From Selaginella moellendorffii (lineage: Eukaryota > Plantae > Lycopodiophyta), in NCBI RefSeq assembly GCF_000143415.4, contig NW_003314279.1, forward strand, positions 1,332,659 through 1,396,658: a stretch of DNA of 64,000 bases. Direction: 5' to 3'. A model generated the notes under the pieces. The model searched no databases. It was not told where the DNA came from and saw only the letters and a list, made by a program, of their open reading frames with translations. Positions 34,432-46,420 of the stretch are shown here, piece after piece. A program made the position numbers and the translations under genes. Positions within the stretch are counted from its first letter, which is position 1, and each line of letters starts with the position of its first letter.

Positions 34432-36927
34432 TCAATCCCACTTTCCAGTTATCCATTCGTTCCACGAGTAAATATCCCAGCCTTCGGTTTTCGCCGTGTT
34501 GTTTGCCATGGCCGAGAAGGTGCGACAGTCGGGTTGGACACCCCTCTCGACAAACCTCTGGAAAAGCTCACGAGCTTCGTCAAGTCTCCCGGCAAGTCCA
34601 AACCCGTTGACAAGAACGTTGCACGTGAAGTTATTGGGAGCACATCCAGCAGCTCTCATGTCCACCTCGAAAACTTTGCGGGCCTCGTCCAGCCTGCCGA
34701 GAGAGCACAGCCCCGAGATCAAAGCCGTGTACATCACCACGTCCGGCGTGCCGCCTTTGTCAACGAGCATGCAGAGAACTTGTCTGGCTTGATCGACTCT
34801 GTGTGCTCTGCAAAGCCCGTCCATGAAGGTGCTGTAAGTAACCACGTCCGGCTTTGCCTGTCTCTTCACCACCTCCTCGAAAACTTCTCGGGCTTGAGAG
34901 AGCCTCTTGGCCTTGCAAAGCCCGTTGATGAGGATATTGCAGCTAACATCGTTGGGAGTGCAGCCTCTGTTGGTCATGAGCTCGAAAATCCTCCAGGCCT
35001 CGTCCACGCCTCCGTACTTGCAAAACCCGTCCATGAGGCAGCTGCAAATAACGACCGAGGGGCTGCCTCCGCTTTCAAGGTAGCTGAAGAAGATCTCTTT
35101 TGCTCGAGCAACCCGGTTCGCCTTGCACAGGCCATCAATAAGAACTGTGAACGTAACCTCCTGAGGTCGGACGCCATCTTTCTCCATCCTGTTGAAGAAA
35201 AGCTCGGCCTCGTGAATTTTCCCCTTCTTGAAAAGAGTGTCGATGATGCAGTTGTAAGGAGCACTCGTCACCACACCACCTCGTGCCACGAGCTCGTTCA
35301 GCAGCTCCACAGCTTCAGGAACTCGGTCTGCTTTGCAGAAGCCGTCGACCAAAATGTTGTAAGTGATGAAACTGGCTCCAGCACCAGAGGAAAGAAGACG
35401 CTCGTAGAACTGCTGAGCTTCTCCGAGCCTTTCCACTCGACACAAGCCTCCAATCAGTGTGTTATAGGTGGAAGTAGAAGGAGCACAGCCCGGTGCCTTC
35501 ATTTCTCCGAAGAGCTGGATGGCCTCGTCTATGCGTTTCGTCTTGCAAAACGCGTTGATCAAGATGTTATAGCTGACGGTATTGACAAGGCCACGAAAAT
35601 CCTTAAGCTCTTGGAACCACGATTCGGCCTTGTCGATCATGTCTGACTTGCAAAGGCTGTCGATCGTAATGTTGACAAGGTGGCGCTCCCGCAGCTGCTG
35701 CCTGTCAAGCATCAGCTTCACCACCTTTAAGCACTCCTCAGCTCGTCCCGCTTTGGACAGCTCGCGGACGAGCAAATCTGCCGGTAAGCCGCAACCATCT
35801 GAAACCAGACTGTGGAAAAGCTCCAGTGCTTCGTCCAACTTCCCAACGTGGCAGAGACACAATACGATATCGGCGTTCATTGCTGCTGTAGGAACACCAC
35901 CGATGTCAACGTATGTTTCCAAAAGTTCCAGCGCTTCCCTGAACCTGTGACCCCAGACGAGCCCTTGAAACAACATTGCCAAGGCCGAACCGATGCTCCG
36001 AACTTGCCCGTTATCAACAGCTTCCTGGTAGAAATCAAACGCTTCATTGAGTCTGTTCTGCTCAAGAAAAACTTCGATGATAATGTTGTAAGTGCTGGAG
36101 CTTGGAGTCATGCCTTCCCTCCCGAAAAAGTCCATAGCTTCCTGTATCCTGTCCGATGCAGCCAGTCCCCGAACTACTGTGTTGAAAGAAACCATGTCTG
36201 GACCATGCAGCTTGTTCGCCACTTTCAAAACTTTCATCGCATCATCCACCTTGTTGGCCTTGCACATCTTGTTGATGACGAGACGAGATGCTTCTCTGTC
36301 AAAAGTGCACCCTGTATCGATCATAAGACTGAGCTGCTCAAGCGCTTTCACTAGCCGGAAAATAGTGAGAAGGCACTTGACGATAGAAATTCCCATATCC
36401 TGCTTCCCGGAACATAGCAGATGATTAAGCAGCCAATAGCCTTTGTGAAACTTGCCTGCCTTGCAAATGTTTTCCGTGATAGTCGTAAAGGATGTTACTG
36501 CTGGCTTGTCTAGCTGCATAGACATTCTTTTCAGCATTGCAGACGCTTCACCTCTGAGGACCCTGAAAGCCGTTGACGCATCGCCTTCCCAAACGGCAAT
36601 GCGGAGCTCGAAACCATTTTGCAAGCTTGCAAAGCAGTGCGGTTCACTTTTTCGGCCATAGCCTTCTTCCAGAAGCATCCTTAGATCTGGAAGACACCAA
36701 AACCTCTCATCCTCAAGACATTGTGGCTGCCGAAGAGCAGCCCACGAGAAGAAATCCAAAGCTAGCTCTTTTGTATTGAGAAAACTCGTTACCTTGGCAA
36801 ACGACTCACCCACAATCCCTGAATTATGCCCTTCACGTGTATCCGATAGCGCCCCGGCACCGGCATTGCAGCTATGCATACATCTCCATTGCCTGTGAAA
36901 GACGCCGCACTGTCGTCTCACAAACAT
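34432..36927 (-). CDS. P-class pentatricopeptide repeat protein
   Basis: 831 aa intronless ORF with 35-aa repeats (VSYNILINAFCK, TYNTLIGGLCR, VTFTVLIDGLCK), LALDFFSWA N-terminal motif and an Arg-rich targeting-like N-terminus. Confidence 0.93.
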   Translation of the reverse strand: MFVRRQCGVFHRQWRCMHSCNAGAGALSDTREGHNSGIVGESFAKVTSFLNTKELALDFFSWAALRQPQCLEDERFWCLPDLRMLLEEGYGRKSEPHCFASLQNGFELRIAVWEGDASTAFRVLRGEASAMLKRMSMQLDKPAVTSFTTITENICKAGKFHKGYWLLNHLLCSGKQDMGISIVKCLLTIFRLVKALEQLSLMIDTGCTFDREASRLVINKMCKANKVDDAMKVLKVANKLHGPDMVSFNTVVRGLAASDRIQEAMDFFGREGMTPSSSTYNIIIEVFLEQNRLNEAFDFYQEAVDNGQVRSIGSALAMLFQGLVWGHRFREALELLETYVDIGGVPTAAMNADIVLCLCHVGKLDEALELFHSLVSDGCGLPADLLVRELSKAGRAEECLKVVKLMLDRQQLRERHLVNITIDSLCKSDMIDKAESWFQELKDFRGLVNTVSYNILINAFCKTKRIDEAIQLFGEMKAPGCAPSTSTYNTLIGGLCRVERLGEAQQFYERLLSSGAGASFITYNILVDGFCKADRVPEAVELLNELVARGGVVTSAPYNCIIDTLFKKGKIHEAELFFNRMEKDGVRPQEVTFTVLIDGLCKANRVARAKEIFFSYLESGGSPSVVICSCLMDGFCKYGGVDEAWRIFELMTNRGCTPNDVSCNILINGLCKAKRLSQAREVFEEVVKRQAKPDVVTYSTFMDGLCRAHRVDQARQVLCMLVDKGGTPDVVMYTALISGLCSLGRLDEARKVFEVDMRAAGCAPNNFTCNVLVNGFGLAGRLDEARELFQRFVERGVQPDCRTFSAMANNTAKTEGWDIYSWNEWITGKWD

Positions 36928-36968
36928 GACTTAAACCCTATACCCAAAAGAAAAACTTACCCAAGCGT

Positions 36969-38110
36969 TTAAGGTGTTCGTGCACACTTGCCAGTCGCGT
37001 CGTCACAGAATCCATCCTTGTCGAGAAGCCTCTCGGGTGGGGCACTCAAGATTGGAGCGGACGGTGTACCGTAGGCATTTCGCCGAGCGTTCCCGCAGCC
37101 AAGGCTTTTTCGCGTGTCCATGCCGGTGACCGGATTCACTCCGTTCGCGTATTTACACAAAGCCTGGCAGAACTCGAGAACACAAAGAAACATGAAACAA
37201 CGATAACAACAAAAAGGATAACTCACTTGTTTTTGTGCAAGATCTAGGACAGCATCACTGAAGTCGGCACCCTCGATTTTGGCACCACCAAGATCACTGC
37301 GGGTAAGAACGGCTCTGACGAGAAGTGCATTGGTCAAGTCTGCTTCGTTGAGCACCTGGTAAAAAAGAAATGAAATGTCAGAACTCGTGAGTGAAAATCT
37401 AGTGTCGCTCAATTACCATCCGGTCCATAAGAGTGTCGCTCAAATCCGCACCTGGCAAAGGAACAATTCATGCTCACAGAGCGATCTACAAACTCTTTCC
37501 ATTGAGTGTACCGCTAAAATTCGTGCGATATGCAACAGCCTTCTCGAGATAGCCACCGTTGAATGTGCTCCCACTGAAGTCCGCTTCTCTCATATCAGCC
37601 GATGTAAAATTTGCTCTCCTGCTCATCCAAAGTTCCATAGAATCTAGCGATGGTATTAAGTTCTTACCTGAAATTCTCGTTTGCGTGGCTTGTCTGCCTA
37701 CGATATGAAGCGAAGCTAAGCATCGAAGAGAAAATATTTCACTAACAGTTACCTTAAATCTGCCGAGCCAAATTGCGCTGCTGATCCTATGCCAAACTCC
37801 CCTCGAGATTCGGCCTCGAATTTATTCAGCTCCGCCCCGGCATTCATACCCGTCGCAAGAACTGTCGCCGCAAGCGTGAATGCGGCCGCTCGAGATTGCC
37901 AGGGCTTGGATTCTTGATCAAGAACCACACAGGATTTACGATATTTCCAACCGAGCGATCACGCATACCTGACTTCCCTCCATCGTCATCGCGACCGGCG
38001 GCAGCGCACCGCAAAGAGCCGCCCCGGATCCTCGCATTGTGAGACGCCACGCCATAGCCGCCGCTACCGAGATTGGAGACCGCTCCACAGCACCACGACG
38101 CCATCGCCAA
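36969..38110 (-). CDS. TL20.3: Thylakoid lumenal pentapeptide-repeat protein TL20.3, multi-exon
   Basis: ELNKFEAESRGEFGIGSAAQFGSADL, NFTSADMREADFSG, VLNEADLTNALLVRAVLTRSDLGGAKIEGADFSDAVLD, ALCKYANGVNPVTG...RKSLGCGNARRNAYG. Confidence 0.92.
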
Positions 38111-38311
38111 AATAAAACCCCCTCTTTAAAACCCGCCCTAAATTTCAAATCGTTTCTAAGAAATTCCAAGCATATTCCTGCACGGATGGAATACGCCTAC
38201 ATTGTTGTTTCCACATGGTTTTGATATTTAGGGCAAGCTAGTGGGGAGTGAGTTTTTAGGAGGGGGAAATGGAGGAGGGAGCGAGAATCGCTCCGATCGT
38301 TTTGGAGCAGC

Positions 38312-38438
38312 NNNNNNNNNNNNNNNNNNNNNNNNNNNNNNNNNNNNNNNNNNNNNNNNNNNNNNNNNNNNNNNNNNNNNNNNNNNNNNNNNNNNNNNNN
38401 NNNNNNNNNNNNNNNNNNNNNNNNNNNNNNNNNNNNNN
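38312..38438. other. Assembly gap
   Basis: Run of N. Further 100-N gaps at 44760-44859 and 48790-48889. Confidence 1.
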
Positions 38439-38843
38439 AAAGGAAGAAATTTTGTACATATAGCCTGTGTGCTGCCGCCGCTCGAATTGTGATGGATCTG
38501 TTTTAGAGCATCCCGATCTAAGTCACTGTCCCTTTTCTTCACTGCCTCTGCGCGTTTTTTTTTTTTTTCTCTTCTTTTTTTCTGCTTGCTCTTTTGTATA
38601 GCCCCGTGTGTGTGTTCTCTTCTTTGTTTTTTGTTTTTCGGTCTTTGTAAGTACCACCAAGTGCATGCGCCCGCGTTTTATGTGGAAGGGTGTCATACGC
38701 ACTTTATCAACACCAAGAAATTGCGTTTATACTTGACCCTTGGTCGACACACTTGAGCAGGCCGAGCTACTGTCTTCCTTGCTACCTCTAGAAGAAGCCA
38801 AGTCACTCTTGCAACATTCACAGAGTAGCATTTAGCTAGAAGG

Positions 38844-41800
38844 ATGAAACGCTACACTAGGGAGTTTCTTCTGTCCTTTGCGGACAGTGAGAATTGCCGG
38901 CGACCACCGAATGATCTCGATCCAGCAGTGAGAAGGTTAGTATGTGTCTTACTGCTGTTGTCAAGCATCTGGGCTAAATTTTGTGGAAGGTGTCTGCAGA
39001 GACTCCCCCTCACCCGACTTAGTGGACAGTGGGGTTTCTCCTGGAACCAAGTTCTTACACCGTCGAGATCGTGACTTTGGTCACGATGTTCCTGAGTGGC
39101 GAAATAGGAACTCTGGGAATGGAGGGGGGCTTCTTTCTCAGGGTCCGGCTAGGAGGAAAGCTTATGACGAGGAAGGATCTTCTTTTTCAAGTCCGTTTCG
39201 TGCTAGTGGTAGTCGACAAGGACCGGGTCAGACTAGGTGGGATCATCGTAGCTCTATTGATCGGGAGAGGGAGAGGGGTGGGCGACACTGGGATGGAGCT
39301 GCCTCTGAGCACGATGGTTTGCTTGGAAGTGGTGGCGGTCTACGTGGGGCTTATCCTGGAGGTCCCGACCGCTTCGTTGGAGGTGGCAGAGGATCTCGGA
39401 ACAATGCCAATGATACGCGTCCCAACAAAGTAAGATGTTTGACGATTTTGTGTTCTCTTTCCAAGCTGAATTGCCTTGGATCAGTTTTCTGGTGGATATC
39501 GGAATGATCTAGACGCTATTGATGGTGAAACTTTCGGAGAGAAAAGTTCTACTGAGGATAGAGAAGAGGAAGAGCGCAAAAGACGAGGTAATTTGCTGGA
39601 ACTTCGTATTTACGCTCATTCTTGTCTTTAACTTTGCAGAGTCGTTCGAGTCGATGCGAAAGGAGCAACAACAGGAGAGGAAACGTCAGGAGGAAAAGAA
39701 ACGTGACGACGATACTAAAGTACTACCAGTAGAGCAGAATGCGAAACAGGGATCGCGGCCTTTGGTACCTCCTGGCTTTAGTAAAAAGACGAGCGCCAGA
39801 AAGGAGCAGAACAACGAAGAGGTAAAGCTTCAGTCTTATATCAGGTTTCTGATGCTCTTAAGGCATCCAGGCTAAAGAAGAAAAGGCTATCGGTGGCGAC
39901 GTTATACCGCTTCAGCAATCATCTGGTGCTGTCAATCCACTCGCAATTGCCATCTCGTTAACGGAAGCCGAATCCTTCGCGCTTACTAATGATTCTGGCA
40001 ATGGAAAAATCTCAAACAGCACTGGTGCCATGACAGTTCCTTCCTCCAGCCCCCAGGTGGTAGTCAAGTTATAAATTCAATGCAGCGTCTGATTTTCTGT
40101 GCAGACTGAGAAAGTGGATGCGCGCCTAACCAGGACGTCATCGAAGTTTGCTCATCTGTTCAGCTTTGAAGGTACTCTTTCCTTTCACATTTTCGCATGT
40201 TCTCATTGAGTTTGGAGCAGATGATAACTCTACCATGGAATTCCTGTCCTTGTTTGGTTCTGCTGGGAGTACATCAAAAGATGGTGGCCAGAGTCCACGG
40301 TCTCCTGCTCTTAAAAGCTCCGGGATGAAACCATCGTCTGAGGTTGTTCAGCACGGGCTGATCCTACCCATGCCAGTCGGCCCGTCACTTGAGGACATCG
40401 AGAAAGGTTTCGACAATGGTGCGGGTTCGGATCACCATGGAAGCTCCAGCACGTTCCTTACATGTGAGGATATAGAGCAATCACTACTGGCCGAGGCAAA
40501 AACTGAAACGCACAATGAGCAATTGAACGACAACTGGGGACATTCGGTTGCGAAAGAAGCGGATACGGATGCTTCGCGACATTTACTGTCTCTACTGCAA
40601 AAGGCATCCTTGAAGCCCGACAACGAACACAAGGCACCTCCAGTGGAAGCTAAACCGTGTGATGGACAGCGTGAAGCCAGGGATGGAAAAGAGTCTGGTG
40701 CCGCAACGCTAGAAGCACTGTTTGGCATGTCGTTTATGATGGAACTCCGGTCGACTGATGCGCCGCTTTCCGCAAAGGTGGCGAGCGAGACGAACAATCA
40801 TCTTTTGCCGAAGAACGCTGCCACAGTTCCTGAAAAATCGAACGCTGCGTCAGAGGTACTGGATGGGATGTACATGAACACCAACAGTCATCACCCGAGC
40901 TGGCCAACCTGGAACAAGCAGCCAGAAGTGCCGGAGAAGAGCTCCGGAAACTCTCAGCACGTCATCGCCGACACTTCGCCGGGACAGGAGCTCCGGAAAC
41001 AGCCTTCGGAGGAGCTTGACAGTGGCGTCTTCAACGATTTCCTCAAGTTCAAGAAGGCCATGAAGCAGCGCAGCAGCAAGGCAAACGATCCTTTCCTCGG
41101 GGTGGCGAAGGACAGTGGCTCCCAGGAAAACTCGTCCAACGAACGGCCAGAGAACCCGCTTGACACGTCCAGCAACGGAGGAGGAAGCCCAGCAGTGACT
41201 ACTCCAGCAAACCTCTACAGGTCGCACTCTCCTCCGCTGATCAACCAGAAGTCGTCCGCGCTGCAGCTCCAGCAGCTCCAGCAGGCCTTGGCGTCGCAAG
41301 GCTCGAGAGCATCGATCCAGGCAAAGCAGCAAGCGAACGGCGAAGCGAGTGCCGGATACTCCCGAGCGGCGAGACCATCATTCTCTCGACAACAGCAGCA
41401 GGCACTGTTTGAGCAGCAGCAGCAGCAGCTTCACGCTCATCACTTCCACCAGGGAGGAGGCTTTGCTCCGCCACCATCGTCGGCCGCCGCTTTCGGCCAC
41501 CATGATCTTCACCACCACCTCTTGTACAGTTCCAAGCAGCAGCAGCGGCCTCACAGCTTCTTCCCTCCAAATGGCTCCAACCAGCAGCCGCCACTCCCCC
41601 CGCTGGCCAGCTTGCATCTTCCACCGGGTCACAGCGCTCCGCCAATGAGTTTCGGACATCATCCTCCTCTCGCGACGCCTGGCGCCTTCCTCGGCTTTCC
41701 ACCTCCCAACGATGCTGGCTTTCTCGTCGCGGGAGAAATCGCCGCCGCCGCTGGTGGTGGCGGCGGTGGTGCTGGTGCTGGATTGGATGCGCGATGGATT

Positions 41801-41899
41801 CCTGGCAGAGATCATCCCATCGGTTTATATCATCACCACCATCAGCAGCAGCATCACCAGCAATCGCAGTTTGGTGCGCACGAGATCGGCTTCCCGTAG
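38844..41899 (+). CDS. CBE1: CBE1-like eIF4E-binding protein, multi-exon
   Basis: N-terminal YTREFLL (YxxxxL-phi), HDGLLGSG, ETFG...EDREEEERKRR|ESFESMRKEQ, RPLVPPGF, SKFAHLF, LTCEDIEQS, ASRHLLSLLQK, TLEALFG; Q/H/P-rich tail. Confidence 0.82.
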
Positions 41900-42364
41900 A
41901 GAGTTTGTATCGTTTGTGGATGGATTGTTTTGGTGTAAGCTCGTTGGAAAACTCAAGATCAAGATCAAGCTGGTCCTTCTCTTATGCATTCTATGATCTC
42001 TTTGTGTTTTTTCTCTTGGTTTTTGTTATTTTTGGTTTCTTTTTCCAACTTCCAAACAGAAGAAGCTTTGGAATGTTGCAATCAATCGAATGCAACGTGG
42101 AAGTGTATCCATTTGACCACTCATGTGTTTGGAATAATTCCCAGATTCCCAAGTACTCTCTCTGGCTGCCACCTCCACATTTGCGTTTACTGCGTGTTGT
42201 GTTGTTCCACTTTCACCCCTGCTCATGTTGTGATCTCGCCCGGGAGGAAACGCGGCGAGGGGACGATCGAATTCGCGCAATCCGAGGAGATGGGTCGCTC
42301 CGGGGCAGCAATCGATAACTTGGGTCGCGGCGCAAGCAGGTGATTGTCTCGCGCAGGCAGAGAA

Positions 42365-43977
42365 ATGGAGACGATCCTTCGCGAGGAGGAAGACTATGGC
42401 GGCGGCGCGCGAGGAGCAGCAAAGGATCCATCGCGAAAGCCTCACGTCGTGGCGCTCGCGTACCCAATGCAGGGCCACATCAATCCCATGATCCATCTCT
42501 GCAAGCGCTTGGCGTCGCTGGGCCTCTCCGTCTCGCTCGTCAACACCCAGACCAACCACGACCGCCTCGCTCGATCGCGCGGCGCCGCGCTCGAGCAGGG
42601 GCTCGACATCGCCATGCTCGCGCTGGCCGACGACGAGGAGGATACATCCGCCCACCAGGGGGGGGCTGGCGCCGGCGGCGACGACGCCCTCCAGCGATCG
42701 CTCGTCGCGGCGGACGCCATGGAGCGGCCGTTCGTGGCGCTGCTACAGGGCTTGCTGGATCGCGGCCGGGGAGTGGATTGCATCCTTTCGGATGCGTTCC
42801 TGGGGTGGAGCCAGGACGTCGCGGATCGATTTGGGATACCGCGAGCGGCGCTCTGGGCGTCGTCCACCGAGTACTGCCTGCTCAATTTCCATCTCCTGGA
42901 GCTCCGCACGCGAGGGTACGCTCCAATTCGAGGTGAGATTCGCGAGAATTTGGTCGGATTCGATCGACCGTGTGGTGTGCTCTGTTCTTGACAGATGCGT
43001 CGGTGCTGGACGATGACAGCCACACGATCGCCTTTATCGACGGCGTAGCGCCGCTCCATCCCAAGGACCTACCGTCTATTCTCCAGCGCTACAGTTCACA
43101 CGATCCAGGGTTTGAGAAGCGCTACGCGAGGACGCGGCGGCTCTGCGATGCGTACTGGATCCTCGGCAACACCTTCCAGGATCTGGAGCCCGATGCGCTG
43201 GACGCGATCCAGCAAGCGATCAACGGTGATCCAACCAGCGCCGCGAAGAAGAAGAGGAGGAATTTCTCGCCAGTGGGTCCTCTGCTTCCATCGGCGTTCC
43301 TGGGGCTGGGCGGCGACGATCTGGGGTCTGGGAATGGGCTGTGGATCGAGGACGAGCGCTGCGTGAATTGGCTGGACAAGCAATCCCCCTCGTCAGTCCT
43401 CTACGTCTCCTTCGGGAGCTTGGCGGTGATGAGCTCCGCCGAGATGCTGGAGCTGGCCGCGGGGATCGAATCGAGCCGGCAGCCATTCCTGTGGGTGATC
43501 CGCCCCGGCAGCCATCTCGGGAGCTTCGATCTGGAGGGCTTCGTGGAGAGGACTCGACAGCTAGGGCTCGTCGTGCAGTGGGCGCCCCAGCTCCAGGTGC
43601 TCTTCCACCCCTCGGTGGGCGGATTCCTGTCCCACTGCGGCTGGAATTCGACGATCGAGAGCATCGCCATGGGCGTGCCGATCATCGGGCTACCTTGCAT
43701 CGCGGAGCAAAACCTAAATTGCAAGCGCGCTGTGAAGGACTGGGGCGTGGGATGCAAGCTCCAGCAGCGCGGCGATGGCGATGGCGATGCGATCGTGGGG
43801 CGCGAAGAGATCGAGCGCGTCGTGACACGATTCATGACCGGCGAGGACGGCATGGAGCTGCGAATTAGGGCGAGGGAGCTCCGCGAGGCGGCACGACGGT
43901 GTGTGATGGACGGCGGGAGCTCCCACAAGAACCTGGAAGCGTTCGTGGAGGCCGTGAGAATCAACGGTCTAAGATAG
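42365..43977 (+). CDS. UGT: UDP-glycosyltransferase (family 1), 2 exons
   Basis: PHVVALAYPMQGHINPM and the PSPG box WAPQLQVLFHPSVGGFLSHCGWNSTIESIAMGVPIIGLPCIAEQ; intron about 42933-42994. Confidence 0.95.
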
Positions 43978-44304
43978 AGAGATCTATGGTTGAGATGCCA
44001 CCGTCGATTTAAAATAAAATTTGCCGCGTAGGTACAGGTGGATGCCACGCGGCACAAAAGATTCTCCTTTAAGGATGACTAGGCGCCACGTGTTCCGGGC
44101 ATTGTCTTCATCTGAGCAGCGCCAAGGCGGCCTGGCGGCTTGGAAGCGCGAGAGAGAGATCCCATCGCGGAGATATCTCGAATTTCTTGCAGGATCGGTG
44201 TCTGAGGTAGCTAGAATCGGTGGATTGAGCGCCATCAAGCGCGATCGAGGCGAGAAAACTGGGCAAAATTTCCAGCAACAGTGTTTGCGGCCTAGGGTTG
44301 GGAA

Positions 44305-45627
44305 ATGTCCACAAGCGGGGGCGATGGAGAACCCAAGGTAAGCGATTTTGCAAATCTAGAGACCATTTTCCTTGCTTTCCTTCTCGTGCTTGGAAGAAAA
44401 TCCCAGCTTGGGCATTTGTATGGTGGATTTGCTTCTTTTTCGCACGATTCCATCATTGTTTCTTGTTCTTCGTGACTTGACAAGTGACAATGCTGTGCTT
44501 TTTTGGCCTTTATTTCTCGTGCTCGAGTTGCTTGGTTGACATTTCTATGGAAGATTTCTTTCTTGTTCTAGTGAGGAATTTTTAATTCTTTCTCACCCTA
44601 TGAACCTTTACAGCTTGTTATTCCACCTTACATGGTCGCCGAAGCCATGTCTTCTCTCCACGGGCTGGATCTAAGGTGGTCAAGTCCGATCACTCCCACG
44701 GAGATGCAATACGTGGAGCAATATGTAAAGGCCCGGTATCCAGAGTTTTTCGCGAAAGCNNNNNNNNNNNNNNNNNNNNNNNNNNNNNNNNNNNNNNNNN
44801 NNNNNNNNNNNNNNNNNNNNNNNNNNNNNNNNNNNNNNNNNNNNNNNNNNNNNNNNNNNCTCCCAGTCTTGACAGAAGATCAGGAGTACATTGACGAGAA
44901 CGGCAGAAACACTCCAGGAGCAGCAGGCCCGGACGAGTTCAAGAGGAAATCTCCATCCGCCGGCCAGGCAAAAGAATGGGGAGTGAAAAAAATGCCTCTG
45001 GAGCAATCGCGGCTGCTAGACATCCTCACTCAAAAGGCCACCTCCATCGCCACTTACACCGACAGCCTGAGCTCCATCCCGGAGATCCACGCCAGGAACA
45101 CGCTTCTCAGGCATCTCGGGGTCACGGACGAGGACTACCTGGTGGTTTTCACATCCAGCCTCAAGGAATCCATGATGATGGTCGGGGAGAGCTATCCGTT
45201 TTGCCGCTACATGAACTTCATGACGGTGCTGAGCGAGGAGGTGGACTGGATCCGAGAGTTTGCATCGTACAAGGAGGCCAAGGTGATCGTCGCTCCATCG
45301 AACTGGCTCAACCTCAGGATAGCCGGCTCGCAGCTCAGCCAAAACTTCCGGAGGAAGAGCAAGCAGCAGAGCCCAAACTTGAAGGGATTGTTCGCGTTCC
45401 CGGCGGCGGAGAATGGTGGCACCAGGAACTCGCTCCACTGGGTCTCGGAAGCGCAGAGGAACTCCTGGCACGTCTTGCTCGACGCGTCGAATCTCCGGCT
45501 TTGCGACGATCAGCTCAACCTGACGTTCCACAAGCCCGACTACGTGCTGTGCACGCTCTCCGGGGTCGTGGGACACTCCACAAGCATGACTTGCTTGCTC
45601 GTCCGGAGGAGCTCGTTTGGATCGTAA
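44305..45627 (+). CDS. Conserved plant protein of the PLP-dependent transferase / Moco-sulfurase-like superfamily (spans a gap)
   Basis: MSTSGGDGEPK|LVIPPYMVAEA...GLDLRWSSPITPTEMQYVEQYV, YLVVFT...MMVGESYPF, KGLFAFP...SLHWVSEAQRNSWHVLLDA, HKPDYVLC. Confidence 0.8.
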
Positions 45628-46420
45628 GCCGGGAGCCGGAGTTTTCTTCCAAAAGATTGATCGATTTCTAAGCGAAGAACACACTGTGCTGGAAGGAAAG
45701 ATCGATCTCTAAACTCTCTTTGGCTATAAAACCAACCGATGGACGTCACAATCCTACTCGCCTGGCTAGAGAGATTTTTTCTTCGAACGCTCGCAAGGTT
45801 GTATTGTATAATTTTTTTAGTGACTGGCAATCATACAGTGGTAGTCGCCATCGAGGCAATAGTGTATGTTCTTGATCATAGTCTCCTCCGTACTAAGTTT
45901 TCCTGGTACGTTTGGCATATTCTCTGCGGTTTTGTTTTGTAAAAGCTGACGCGACTGACGTACGATCAGCGACGCTGCGCCGTCGATTCTAGGGCTGCTA
46001 GCGGCATGCGTGGGATATTCCGTCCCGTCTTCCTACTGTGGGGGGGTTTTCAGCTAACTCCAGCTGTGTGTCATCTCTCTCTGTCTTTCTCTCGCCATGG
46101 AACGTCAGTTCTTGCGCGATCTCTCAAGAAGGCGCTGGAGAGATCATGGATTTCGACCGCGGCTGCCTCAATTCGCCGGATCGCTGCGGAAAAATGTGGA
46201 TTCCAGGCCGCGCTCTTCCGGTAATTCGTCTTTGCCCGCTCCAGTGGCCCTAGTCCGTGCAGGTTTTCGTCACGGGTGCTGACTCTGGTCGGCGACAGCG
46301 AGCGCTGCATTGGAGCTGGCGAGAATTGGCCAGTGAGCGGCAGCGCGGCAGCGCATTGGAATCTTTCAGGTGGAAATTTCGGTGGGATAGATCTTGATGA
46401 GGCTGCTGCTGGTGTAGACG

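Noticed and set aside
34534-35646. 370 aa plus-strand ORF
   Set aside because: Antisense shadow of the PPR gene with no recognisable domain. The same applies to the many overlapping ORFs over the UGT, RLK, NLP and CBE1 genes.
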